Assembly (NCBI GenBank): GCA_963924565.1 | Contig: OZ004612.1 | Coordinates: 5,084,001-5,148,000, forward strand | DNA from: Ascidiella aspersa | Taxonomy: Eukaryota | DNA: 64,000 nucleotides | Direction of reading: 5' to 3' | Shown: positions 12,501 to 24,500 of the stretch, one piece after another | Layout: every line of letters starts with the position of its first letter | Numbering within the stretch: position 1 is the stretch's first letter | Made by a program: the position numbers and the translations under genes | Notes under the pieces: model-generated | What the model was told of the DNA's origin: nothing | The model's database searches: none | The model's input: the letters and a program-made list of their open reading frames with translations, nothing else

Positions 12501-15500
12501 AATTCAAAATTTGTATTATACCTTAGTACTTTTGTGTATCAGGTTGTTTTAGGTTGAAGTATAGCTACATTTTACAGAATTGAAAAAGGTCGTAGTTTGA
12601 TGGCCGTGGATGTTTTGCCAAGGACAAACAAATGGCGTTTACACTCACAAGCAACACTTACAGTCAGGTTTACATTCTGTACATTGCCATGCTTCTCTGG
12701 AGATAGTTGGACATTCAAGGTTTGGTTGTTTGCTTTGAATCTTTCTTGGGTTGTCGCATGTTGACTCGTTGCAGTAACCTACATTTAAACACAAAATACA
12801 GTTTAAGAGATCAAATGCGAATCATCTTCAAAGGTATTTAAAAAGAAAAATTGGCACAGTATATACTTTATACTGCAGTGAGGTTGAAACGTTTAACCCC
12901 GGCCATACCGGGACGGTCGTCTAGCAAATCAAAGCATGACTTGTGTAAGTTGATAATATTATCCACAGCACCGTTGTTTGCGTATGATGGTATGCACAGC
13001 ATGGTTAACAGCGAATTTTTTTACCAGTGCTGTAAACAAGTCATTTGCACTATAGCTTAACTTTAAGTCAAATCAATTTCAAAAATTATTCAGACACAGT
13101 ACGAATCCAACTAATTGCCACAGCAAGTCCGGTTCAAGTGAAGTATTAAAATTAGTAAATTTACCAAATCCCAAGCAATATTTTGCATAACAAACACCAA
13201 AAACGGAACAAAAGCGATCAATTTTTGTTACGGCTTAAACGAAAGGTAAATAACTCATTATAAATAAACGTTTCCAAAAATCGCTTCTATTTTTCACACA
13301 TGTGTATTGCTCTGATCAGGCCTACTTAAATTCGAACAACCACGTATAAACGTATATCGAAACATACACATGCTAGTGCAAATGTGATCTCGCCCTTCTG
13401 AAGTATTTTTTTGACCCACGATAATGGCCTATGTATTACCGAACACCGGAAGCCTTCGACAGATTAGCTGAACCAGTCGAACAAAGATGCAAGCAGACCA
13501 GGCTAGAAAAACAACTATAGCCTGCAGTGAGGTTTGAACTAGAAAACCGGGGCCATAACCTCATATAACATACAGGGGCTGTAACCTCAAATATATTCAA
13601 TAAAAGAAGCAACGACATATTGTCCTTTTTTCAATCTTCAGGTGTGGTATTATAACCTTTTATCGTAAGTTTATATAAATATTTAACGCGCGTGGCGTGT
13701 TGTTTTAAGGCCATTCAACTTTGCTTCGCCTCCACTGACCAGGTATGACTCGTTGTTACGTTGTGTGGGCGTGAAGATGACACAGGGAGTTGTTGAGTTC
13801 ACGAACGCTCCGATCACTCTTTCGGGTAATCCATATCCTGTTGTGACGTTGCTTGATGACTCGACTGTAAAGTTGCTGCAGCCAAGGAAAGAAGCCTTCA
13901 CCTAAAGTAACCAGTTGTTGTTTGCAAGTTAAGTGCACTATTGCCCAGTATTGTAACCAAGTTATTTTGAAATGACCCAAGTCCCAGTCAAGTCATTTAA
14001 AAACATAACAAGTCAAGTCTCCAATCTGGTCGTTTTACGTGCAACAATTGAGATAAATAACTCAATTTGACACAATGACTTAAGTCTAAGTCAAGTGAAG
14101 TCAATTGAAAAGAGTGAGGTACTTTTAAGTCAATTGAGTTATGTCGTTTTTAAAAGTCATTCATGTACGGATCTGTAAAGAAGCTTGATAATAAACCTTA
14201 AAATAAAAAAGATTGATCGTAGATAGACATAATCTTAATAAAGACTTCGATACGAAAACCTTTATAAGCGTTGTTTGGATATATTTCAGTCACTTTAACT
14301 GATGATATATGTTTAGATGCCGCTTTAAAAAAGAAGTTAAATTAGAGATGAATCACCTTGATGATATACTCAGATCTCCGTGTTAAACCAGGAATGACAG
14401 CCTTAAGCATTGCATACGAAGCTGCTTGTAATTTCGTTTTGTTGTCTTGCGTTGATTGCACCTCCACCTGCATAACGCATAACACAACACAATTGACCCG
14501 GATAGCATTTTATGTACAAACAATAAAAAAAAACAATAAAAAAAAGCTGATACTAAGAGTTTCAAAAACGAAAATAGTTCCAAAACGAAAAATATCCTTT
14601 AAATAAGGTTTAAAAATATATTTTTTGATAAAAACAAATTACGTCTTGGTTTTAATTTGTATACGGTACTAACAATATTACCACAAAAATCAGCAATAAC
14701 GTTTTCAAATTTATAGCGGTTTTTAAACAGTGTTTGGCAACGGGCACCAAAATATTAAAATAAGTTCGATGAACAATTAAAAGAGAAACAAATATTTAAA
14801 ATTAAGTCTTGTTTCAATTTGTGTACTACTAATATTAAAACACAAAACAGCAATAACGTTTTTAAACTTTCATAGCGGATTTTAAACAGTGTTCCGCACC
14901 GTGCCCCAAAATACTGCAATACCCATCGATGAACAACTAGAAAAGACGCAAATATTTAAAGGTTTTGTAAGACGAACAAAACGTGATTTAATTTACCTGC
15001 ATGTCAATTTTGTGTCCTGTTAACGAGAGCAGCTTGCTGAAATTATCCTGCCATTGTAGTTGGGCGAATGACGAATTGCTAGAGTCAACTGTAGCTGTCG
15101 TTTCCACTGTTAATGTAATAAAACCCATGTTAAATGATTTTAACGCCCGTTTTGTGCAATCTGGATAATTTACTACCTGTAGAGTGGGTCTTTTTAATGT
15201 TATAAAACGAAAACAAGTCAGAAATATCTCACTTTAATAAACGGGACAGTTTAATTCTTTGCTTGATTTTGACAGTAATTGTGTGCAAACTGGATAGCAT
15301 AATACCTTCATAAGGTAGAACTTTTTATGTTATAAAACAAAATCTAGTTACAGACTAACCCACTCCAATGAACCCAATCGGTTATTTAAACTTACCACAT
15401 TTGAGAGAAACAAGTTACAAAAATGAGCAACTCTATTGAAATGTTATTTATTGCAAAAACAAGCAGAACTTCCTTACGTTTATTTTGACACACATAATAT

Positions 15501-18500
15501 GCTTTTTCCCCGGTGCAATTTGCATTTGTAGCAATCCACCCATTCCCATAGTGTAAAACCTTTTGCTGGCAGGTTGAGGAATTTATGGGGTTAAAGTCTG
15601 CATTGGTCCCATCACCCCACAACCATTGCTGACTCGAAGGGTGCCATCTTGCCCCAATCGAAATCTTAACATCTGCGAACAACATCTTGGTGATAAGTTA
15701 ATTACGAAATAGGTATAGAATTACAACTGATTGTGTGAAAAACGACCATGCTCCATTCGTAGACATACCGCACTCGCGATTGTTTTTAACCTGCAGAATA
15801 TTTGCATTGAGTTTGCTTTTTTGTATGCGATGAAATTATTTATTAAGTAATAAATAAGCTAAAAATACTACATATTGCGGATAATTAGTTAGCTATTTTC
15901 CTTTTTTAGAGCACTGGAAAGCGAACTTTAAAATAACATTAAGAGCCACAACAAATTTTCGATTAAAGCAATTATAAAAATATCCTCTCGCAGAGATATT
16001 TTGTGAATTAGGAGTACAAAATATACCCTTTTAACGTTAACAGAAATTAAAAAAATCGAAATATGTGAACTGTATATATCCAGTGTTGTAATGACTTTTC
16101 TTTTTGCCTAAATGTCTGGACTTCTTAACTTGCTATTTGTTTCGTTTTTAATATTTGCAACGTAAAATATTGCTCAGAATAAAAAGTGTGTTGACAGATT
16201 TTTTAAGTTTAACTTTAAATTTTAATACCACTCAAGTGAATTGGATTTGACTTGTTATGGAAATGACTTAGACTGCGACTTGATTAGGGTAACTTATGAC
16301 TCACTGGGACTTAAGTCATTTCAAAAAAATATTTATTTACAGCACTGTATTTAATCATAAAGTAATGTAGTAATCGTGCTATAACGATATGTACCTGGGA
16401 CGAAAAATACTCCATGGTATTTAGTGTATTGACCATACGCCGCATTCGCATCTGTCAACCTTACAGAAGTGCCGCCCGAATTCTCATACGCATAGACAGG
16501 CTTGTATCCAGGTGTCGCGTCTTTGACAGCATACAGTTTGAAATTCTTAACCCATCCTGTAACAAAAGTTTAAAGTTAGACACAGCGTTTCTGTCTTCGT
16601 GAACCTACAAAATATCCAAACCTGTTGATACGCAACTTCCTTGTATTGCCACATACCAAAAGGTCCAACCGTATCTGCAGAAATGAATGGCTATTCTGTT
16701 TGGAGCCAACCTATAAAAGTCGTAGGACTGTTACTGAAGCCTTTAGCCATTTTATTGGCGATCCCACACAGACTTTTAGATAAATTTTAAATATTTAGTA
16801 GCCTACTTTTATTAAATATGATGTTGCTACCAGGCTTAGCATATACTGAAAAAAAGACTTGATATTTATTTGTTTACAGACGTTTCGGCTACCTATTATG
16901 CATGATTCTTTTTCATCGGGTACTGTAACAACACCACGCCAAAAAACAGGCAGAGTAAAACTACACAAATCCCTGATGAAAGCATACAGGATAGTTAGCC
17001 GAAGGTCGGGCTGGCATGCAGCTTTAAAGATAAAGTCATAAATTGACGTCTTTGTTTTTTTATAGAAACAAATGTAAAACTGAATTGGAGTCTAAATACA
17101 TTCAAAAAGGAGTCAGAGTGTGCCTTTGTTCAATCAAACTATTTTCTAAAATGAAATGCACTCCAGCTTTTTAATTATACACCAGATTTCAATAAGGCCT
17201 TCATAGACCCCCTAAAATCAGTCCACGGTTCCCAGTTTAAGAAACCCTGCAGTAAATAGACTGAATATTCAGCTTACGTGGTGAACAGATCAATGTATTG
17301 TAAATGACCAAGGCGACTTGTGCTTCTCCAAGATCCAACTTCTCCTTGCTGTTTCGAATATTTGTAGGAGTACGAGTTGTAGAAAATCCAGACCCTTGTC
17401 GTTTCTATACAAATGCCTTTATGTTTAGGAATTCAATGCAACACTACTTCGCGGCAGAATTATGCGCTTTGGTATGTTCTGGTGAATTACTCAATGGACG
17501 AGGTATTGCTCGCTAAACGGGTAATTGCAGCCCACAAAGCAGTAAAGTAGGTTTGTGTGAACCGGGTAATAAACCCATATAGGTTGCGGAATCTCTCACG
17601 TCGTATTATCCGAAATAGGTATATTTTGTTCTAAACAACCCGCTGCAGAGTTGGTTTGAAAATAACCGAAATGCGACTTCCGAGTCCAACTCCAGCCAAC
17701 TGCGTAATTTTGTCGAGTCCCGACTAAATGTGGTGTGTATTCAGCAATCAACTTATAGGCGTGTCATATAATACATTCACTCACCACACATGGATGAAAT
17801 ATATTCCACTATATGCAATTCCGCGTTTTATACAATTTACGGTTGGCGGCCATATCAGTTTCAAAATTTGGTACTGCGCATGGGTGTCGGACTTTTCAAA
17901 CACCTAAATTGGATCACCAGACATGTTTAACTCATATTATGGTCAACACTTTCTAAAAATATAACTTAAGCTGCACATAAAATAAAATAAAAAGTATTTT
18001 GCCTCATGTTTGTTTATCTGATTTTTTTTACACTTTTTTTATTTGACACTTTTCAAACCTTTTATATTTTAGGCCCACCCTACCGCGACTTACCACTTGC
18101 GTACTTCGCTTGAACTGCGTTGAGCAGCGAATCGTTTGTCCTTGCATCGCCAGCCGTAACCAGATTCCCTCCCAGCGACTTGCACTTGCTTTCAGCTGCA
18201 TTTGCGTCCAATAGATCGTCGGACAGTGTGAGAACGTTGCTTCCACTCACTGCTGTGCTTATTGGGCAACCTGGAAGCAGTAGACAACTGGTTAGGTTTG
18301 CTTAAAACAAGGATCGTTCAACTTTTTTGTAGCACAGACTCTTAAAAATATTTTGGATTGCGTGGAACAAGGTATGCATGAAATTTAGGGGATGACGTCA
18401 TGAATTGACGTCATCAAACAAATTCACCCAAGAAATCTGCTATAAGGGATTTAACTAATAAAATCAAGTAATAAAACTGAAAGAAATTCTAAATAAATTA

Positions 18501-21500
18501 GGAGTAGGCGCCAAAGCGTTTTTTTGTCTAATAAACTATGTTCTTTAAAACTTCAATCCATTTTTCAAATTACCAAGATCTCGATTAGACCTTAATAGAC
18601 CCTCTAAAACCAACCCACTTACCCCCAACGGGGTCAACATACCCCAGTTTAAGAACCCCTTGACTAAAGCAGGAGCACGTTTATTGCAGAGCTATTTAAT
18701 TGCAACAGATTAAAATTAATTTAGGGACGGAACTTAAAAACTGAAAAGACCATAACAACGTACTAGTGATGTTTGCTATCTAATAATAGTAATATATGAT
18801 TCACACTAATGACCCGTTCCGAAAGTAAAAACAAAACAAATTAACAGCTGGTATGAACATTTGTGCGATTTGATATTATCGTACGAAAGTAGGTTCAAGT
18901 AATTAAGTTATCAACCAGTAAAGTGCAGCGGACTTACCTTGAATTTGGCAATATCCAGTCACTATTCCGGTTCTACTGGTACAGGTACTTGTAAGGGCTT
19001 GGATCTACAAAAACGTTACAAATCGTTTGATTATAAACCGTTAATGTTTTCACTTGATGTTTTTTACCTTCAGGCTTATTTGATCGTTGTATCCGTGGTG
19101 TGATATAGGAACTTGCAAAGTTAGTTTGCTATTTGCTGATTCAGATTTCACGTCAAAATAATATGTGCTTGAATTTGAGTTGCTGGTGGAATCAACCTTT
19201 ATACAGAAAAAGTGACGGTTAAATGAAATTTCCCTTTGAAATACTGTATTCTAATCGTTGGACATGCAACTAACCTTGAACCACAATATTTTCTGGTTTG
19301 ACAGGTGGCTAGCGTCAGGATAGACTGCCACAATGCACTTTGCAGAATTCTCCACTCTAGCGTCGGGTGTTGGAGTTTTGAGTCCCGTTTTAGCAGCGAC
19401 TTGGGAACTTGTCACAAAAGTGCTGGAGCAGCCGGTAAAAGTGGCACGAACCTGAACGTTTGATAATAAACTGGTAAACACAATCAGATTTAATTTTATT
19501 CAAGTGTTAATCACTCTAGGGTGTAATATAACCTATCAGACTGGTTGGAAAATATTCAACTATATGCTATCATACCTTTGCGATTACAGTTTACAGCCTT
19601 ATAGCTTAAGCACATGCGCACGCCAAACTCGGGACTCAGGTAGTTTTGCGGATAGTCTTACTCGGGTCCCGAGCCCCACTCCAATAAAAAGAGTCAAGTA
19701 CCATGTCCCGAGTACGATTCCGACTCTTCAGCCCTGCCTTGCAGTGGTAGCTTGTGTAAGAAGCTCACTTTGTTAGTGAATACATCAGTGTTGTAATGAG
19801 TTAAGTCAATGACTCCACTTAAATGCACTAAGTCACTGTTTTTAAATGACTAGACTTGACTTAGGTATTTTGGGCAAAATGACTTGATTTAACTTGAGTC
19901 TTTTAGTTAAATGAGTTGACTTGACTTGGGTGAAAATGAAGTGTTCTTAAAAATCTGTTTGTTTTTTTATAAAATTGAGTTATTTATCCTAATTTTTGTA
20001 CACAAAAAAACGCTTGTTGTGTCCATGTTATGTATTGTGTCGAGTTATTGCTTATAATCGGACGAGTTCCTCATTAATAGTTTAACGTTTAATTCTTATG
20101 ACAATAAGGATTCGAAATTGACTGCTCTAATTATGATTTGACTGGGACTTTATTTGTTATTGATTCAAAAAGACTTGTTTACAACAAGTATGACAATATT
20201 GTTTGTGTTACACTGATGCTGTTCTAACAGCATTGTTTAGTGTGTATTAAATCATTCTATTAATTTGAATAGGAAATGAATCAGCATGGCTAAGCCAGTG
20301 AGCTGTTAGTAAGGTCCAGCACACTCATAAAGATTTCAGTTTCAAATTAAATCCACCAGTGTTTTCTCAAGTTCCAGTCAAGTAATTTGAAAAACAACTT
20401 AATTACAATTCTAAGTGGAGTCTTCAACCAACTTTAAACTATTATATTTGACCTATTTGAGCAATAACTTAACTAAAAATACCACCAAACGTAACATATT
20501 GCAAGCTAATTGTTTTATGCGCAAAATTTTATAAACCAATTTTATAAATAAATCTTAAATGAAAACACTTGAATTCAACCGAGGTCATTTGTCCAAAATA
20601 TTCAAGTCAAGTCAAGTCATTTGTCCAAAATATTCAAGTCAAGTCAAGTCATTTGTCCAATAGACCTAAGTCAAGTTAAATCATTTGTCCAGAATAACTA
20701 AGTCAATTTCACGTCAAATTATTTGAAATAGTGACAAGTGCACTTAAGTCGATTCATTAACTTAAGTCGGTACAACACTGAGTCTAGTAGCAAACTATCT
20801 TTCCGTAAGCCCCTCTAATGATTTACATTACTATTTTGCTCCCATACTGGAGCAGTTACTTTTCGCGATATATATTTTTACTTTGTACACATAAAGTGAC
20901 TTAAGTCAGGTACTAAATACCAAATATAAATGTAAGCCACTTACAGTGAAATTGAAGTCAGTGTTGGCTGCTAAGGCTGTTACTCTATAACTTCCAACTC
21001 CGTAGGCCAGAGTGCGGGAAATGGCGGTTGTTCCTTGCAAAACCTGAGACATAAAAGTACTTTTTGATATCTTAAGTGTCTATAAACCTTTGTTGCGCAA
21101 AATGGAAATTAATGCATGACATGCTGATTAAAATGCTAGAAGTCTTACCTGAGTTGTCAAAGAGCTGCCCTGTATGATGGCAATTTTTTGGAGGTTTTGA
21201 CTCCACAGAACATCGGCCACACTTGCATTGCATTGCTGTGTGGTTGTTGAGCTAGTCACTGGGAATATAACATTGAGAAGATAATTTTATATGCACACTT
21301 ACACGTAATTTACGTAATTTATATGCACACTTACACTTAATTTGGCAAGCGTAGTATATGTTTGTCCCTGTGCAGTCCACGTTGTCAGTCGTCCAGCCTC
21401 TGGAATACTTGTACGCCTTCTGCTGGCAACTTGTTCCTCCGGGGTTAAAGGAAGCTACTGAACCGTCGCTCCACAACCAAGTACTAGTTGTTGGGTTGTA

Positions 21501-24500
21501 ACGAGCTCCAATAAACACCCGAGATGTATCAATAACTGGACAAAATACCATAGTGTTCTAATAACTTAATGACTAAGCTTACTTTATTCTTTTTGGCATT
21601 TAAGTTAGGTAGTTGCAAAAAAATGGTTCGACTTGGGAACTATTAGGGCAAATGACATGACTTGTACTTATAAATCCACTTACTATTAAACAGAAAAATT
21701 TGTTGGGGTACACCCGAGCAAAACCAACTCATTATTTACATCATATTGTCCAGTTATTATCAGATGCATGGAAAAATTAAAATGTGACTTTTTAACATAA
21801 ATATTGGGAGATGCAACCCCAAAATATTCTTGGTTTATCCAATTAAATCGCAATTTTCTAACACTTAGTTCTGGTGAAAAATGCCTAAATAACAACCATC
21901 ATTGAAAGCAGACTTAATTTTCACAGTAATTTCGTCGTAAAATTACTTTGTATAGGCCAAGGTACAAAGTACCTACGGTCCATCAATATAAAGACTTGTT
22001 GTTTGATTTCGGAACTATAAATTATGGTGAATATGCTTTAGCGGTGAATGGCAAAAATTAAATCCGCCCTGTTTTAGTTTTGAAATGTATTGTATGTATT
22101 CAAAACTGCTAAATATCAAGGTAAAGCTGCTATCCTATTTCTTTTTTAACATTTTCGTTTTCTACAACGATTATATACCGGTCAGTGTGAGTGAAGAAAT
22201 TAGGGCGCCATCTTTAAAAATCTCATGCGATTCGGTTTGACATTTTCTCATCGTTTCGGAAAGAAAATTATTCTCATGTCAACCCTGATTTAGCCTGCTT
22301 TATTCGCTTCGCAATTACAGGAAGAAACACTTTTCGGGGCCTAGCTTTATTTGATACACACCTGCATAGATTATATATTCCTCTGCACTAAAACCGTTGT
22401 GGTAATCGTATCGGGTGGTTGTTAATCTGTTTCCCCAAGCTACGTCTTGAAGTCTTCTGTACTGATAGATGGTTTGATGTCCAGCTGCAGAACTTGAACC
22501 ATACAGGTCAAAATCGTAACCCCAGTCAATGTCTGTAAAGTTAAAAAACAGATTAACATTCACTTAATACTGAATAACACTTGAACGTAAAAAACGTGAA
22601 CGGTATACATATAAAATGAAAGATGGAGAAACATATTTGTGTTAACAACTGTGATCTAGCTCTTCTGAAGTTGTTAACACACATATGAGCAGCGAAAAGC
22701 CATTGCAGAATCATCAAATATGTCGATGAATAATGCAAGCAGGGCAGGCTAGAAAAACATGTAGCCTGTTGGAAGGTTCAAACTCACGACCTCCGGTCAA
22801 GCCGGGACCGTCGCTCTACCAACTGAGCCACACAGGCTCAGATAGGTGCGAGTAACATCTTGTTTGTACAGCAATAAGTTGTAGAACGGGATCCCCAGTT
22901 AAATCAACTTGAACCGTATCACATATGTATATTTGTAACTGGACCAATCACATCTCGCTATCCAATGGTAAAATGACTAGGCAACAACAGCGGTGACTTG
23001 TGTGGTTACAGCAGGCGATACAACTAAAAACCCGCGTATATCATAGTAGGTAGGACGACGACGCCAATATGGCCACGGCCGTGAGTTCGAATCTCACAAA
23101 TTCCTTTCTTGCAATCAAATCCTTATCGACCAACTTATTTCAGCTGGCCCAACGAGGCAACAAAACGTATCAAGTAACAACCGATTTCATTAATGGTTTC
23201 GTACCATTAACGTTCTGTTTTTGTTATTTGTTTGAATGTTGCTCAGTATTATTTGCGCTTGCATTTGAATCTGCGACTAAAACAATCACAGTAATTCAGG
23301 TAAAAAATATCGAAGAATATGTCGAAATTACCGACATGGAGAAGAAAAAATGCGAAGTATACGACTAGTGTAAATTTCATCACATATTAAAAGTATATCT
23401 AAGTTACATTTTTATCTCACTTTTTTTTTAAAATAAAACTTTTAATGGTGCTTCGCATTTACGCTTACACAAAGACCTGTCAAAATGTTAAAAAATGTTT
23501 TTTTTTTAAAAAAAAGGTAAAAAGATCATTTAACACAGACAGCAGATATGCAAAAACTGATCAAAATTGAATAAATTAAATCTTACATGTGTAATCGCAA
23601 GTTTTCTTTCTGATTTGCCATCTGTACTCATGATGTCGACAGAAGTATAGACGAGTTCTTCCAGTTGCCCACCTGAATGCATTAACACGTTGATTAACTT
23701 AACACAGTGAAAAAGAGTTTTACGCCCATTTCACAACGCACAGTTAGGCTAAGGTGTTTCGTAGCCTCCGGCTCATTTGGATTTAGCTTAATTTTGCATC
23801 CGTATACTTTAAGGAGATTAATACATACTGTATAGTATTGCAGGCCTTATTTTCTGATTTTGGACAGAAATAAAATTGCATCCTTTCAGAATTCCATCTT
23901 ATTAAGGTTATAAGAACTGAATAAGAATTAAAAAGATAGAACAACGTAATTTTGTACCTTCCGATTCATTTGAATTTTGCTTTTTTGTGTCAGCAAAGGC
24001 GCCTCATGCAATACAGCTTGTTTCGCGAGGCATTTCGTCCTAAAATTCGGTAAATTCTGACAATATCATGCCTGACAGTTTCTGACTGGAACGTTAGTTT
24101 AAGCTATGTTCAACGTGCATCCTATCAAACACACAACGTAATTTTTTGGCAGTGTTAGACTAGATTGCAGTGTTAGACTACTGCACCTAACATTAACTTA
24201 TCGTCGACCCGCGTTTAGCCTTGCACACAACTTTATAACGCTATGCGTTTCCCCAGTAGGCTCTATTAGGATTTCCTGTTTTAAATTTCGCCGTCGTCTT
24301 GGGTTTCAATGCACGCGTGGAGCGATAAACGACTGATAACATTAGTTCAAAGTCGCATGCTTGTTCTGTAAAACAGGATAAAAAAAATAAACTATGACGG
24401 CATACTCAATCGTATAATGATAAGACGAATTTGCGATAAAAAGCAGATAAAATGGAGAGGTCTCTATTTGCTATCTGTTGGTTTCATCTATTAAGGAGGT

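Noticed and set aside
20584-20700. Regular ~30-bp repeats resembling a CRISPR array
   Set aside because: No unique spacers, eukaryotic context; these are internal repeats of a MITE.
22735-22840. tRNA-like sequence with A and B boxes (also 34400-34508 and ~23040-23100)
   Set aside because: No convincing acceptor stem or cloverleaf, and the first two share a non-tRNA tail with other dispersed copies. Treated as SINE or SINE-like, not tRNA genes.
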